Origin: a virus
Lineage: Duplodnaviria; Caudoviricetes
Virus record (IMG/VR): IMGVR_UViG_3300020045_010465
Location: 1 to 46,092 of that record
Length of the DNA: 46,092 nucleotides
Reading direction: 5' to 3' (one strand)
In this document: positions 45,790 through 46,092 of the stretch, in pieces
Numbering within the stretch: the stretch's first letter is position 1
Layout of the letters: each line of letters starts with the position of its first letter
The notes under the pieces: model-generated
What the model saw: only the letters and a program-made list of their open reading frames with translations
Database searches by the model: none
What the model was told of the DNA's origin: nothing
Program-made: the position numbers and the translations under genes

Positions 45790-45990
45790 ATGGCAAAAAA
45801 AATAAAGATTGTAGCCTTATTGCCTTTATTGGCGTATGGGTTACCACAAAGCGAAGGTCAGAGTGTTTCTGTTGAAAAGAAACAAGCGGATGAAATTATA
45901 GAAGCCGGTTATGCTAAACTATACGTAGCGGTTAAAGGCGAAGTTGTTGCTGAAGAAGAAGCCGGTGAAGAAGAAACAACTGAAGAGTAA
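45790..45990 (+). CDS. small hypothetical head-associated protein
   Basis: A..II.AGYA motif and acidic tail; follows the capsid gene. Confidence 0.6.
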   Translation: MAKKIKIVALLPLLAYGLPQSEGQSVSVEKKQADEIIEAGYAKLYVAVKGEVVAEEEAGEEETTEE

Positions 45991-46011
45991 GTAATAATAA
46001 AAAAATAAGGT

Positions 46012-46092
46012 ATGATAACTCATTTTTATACAGCCACTACGGCCGAAGCTCCGATTCTTTCTTTGGAAAAAGCAAAGAAGCAACTGAAAGCT
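46012..46092 (+). CDS. partial head-tail connector (gp6-like)
   Basis: MITHFY...PILSLEKAKKQLK matches the usual ..SL.EAK..L. start; truncated by window end. Confidence 0.55.
   Translation, partial: MITHFYTATTAEAPILSLEKAKKQLKA

Noticed and set aside
1-46092. tRNA/rRNA genes or alternative genetic code
   Set aside because: No cloverleaf or rRNA-like segment was recognised by eye; long ORFs are intact under the standard code and all three stop codons are used.

Overview
AT-rich Bacteroidota (Flavobacterium-like) phage DNA that appears to hold parts of TWO different tailed phages joined back-to-back. Phage A (minus strand, ~1-32050) is a nearly complete siphovirus: early/replication genes, C5 methylase, HNH, glycosyltransferase, gp3-type TerS, PBSX-type TerL, tail genes, tape measure, ClpP-type protease, capsid, portal, tail fibre and GH19 lysin. 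Phage B (plus strand, ~35735-46092) is an HK97-like head module: 3' end of a P27-type TerS, TerL, portal, protease, capsid. The most striking structure is at 32043-38939: two divergent integron-like gene-cassette arrays (7 + 6 cassettes). Each small-ORF cassette is bounded by its own 10-15 bp inverted arms (GTT...AAC), and cassettes are separated by sequence-diverse hairpin spacers of strongly conserved length (11 of 13 are 115-122 nt). The right array ends at a hairpin-less attI-like site directly upstream of a tyrosine recombinase that lacks the integron-integrase I2 insertion. Both arrays start at the stop codon of a terS 3' end present twice as a 108-bp inverted repeat, and the two copies diverge immediately after TAACG. 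This marks the likely crossover point and implies each attC-like hairpin travels at the 5' side of its gene, the reverse of classical cassettes. The fold-back junction may be an amplification or assembly chimera. Product calls come from motif recognition and gene context only; no database searches were run.
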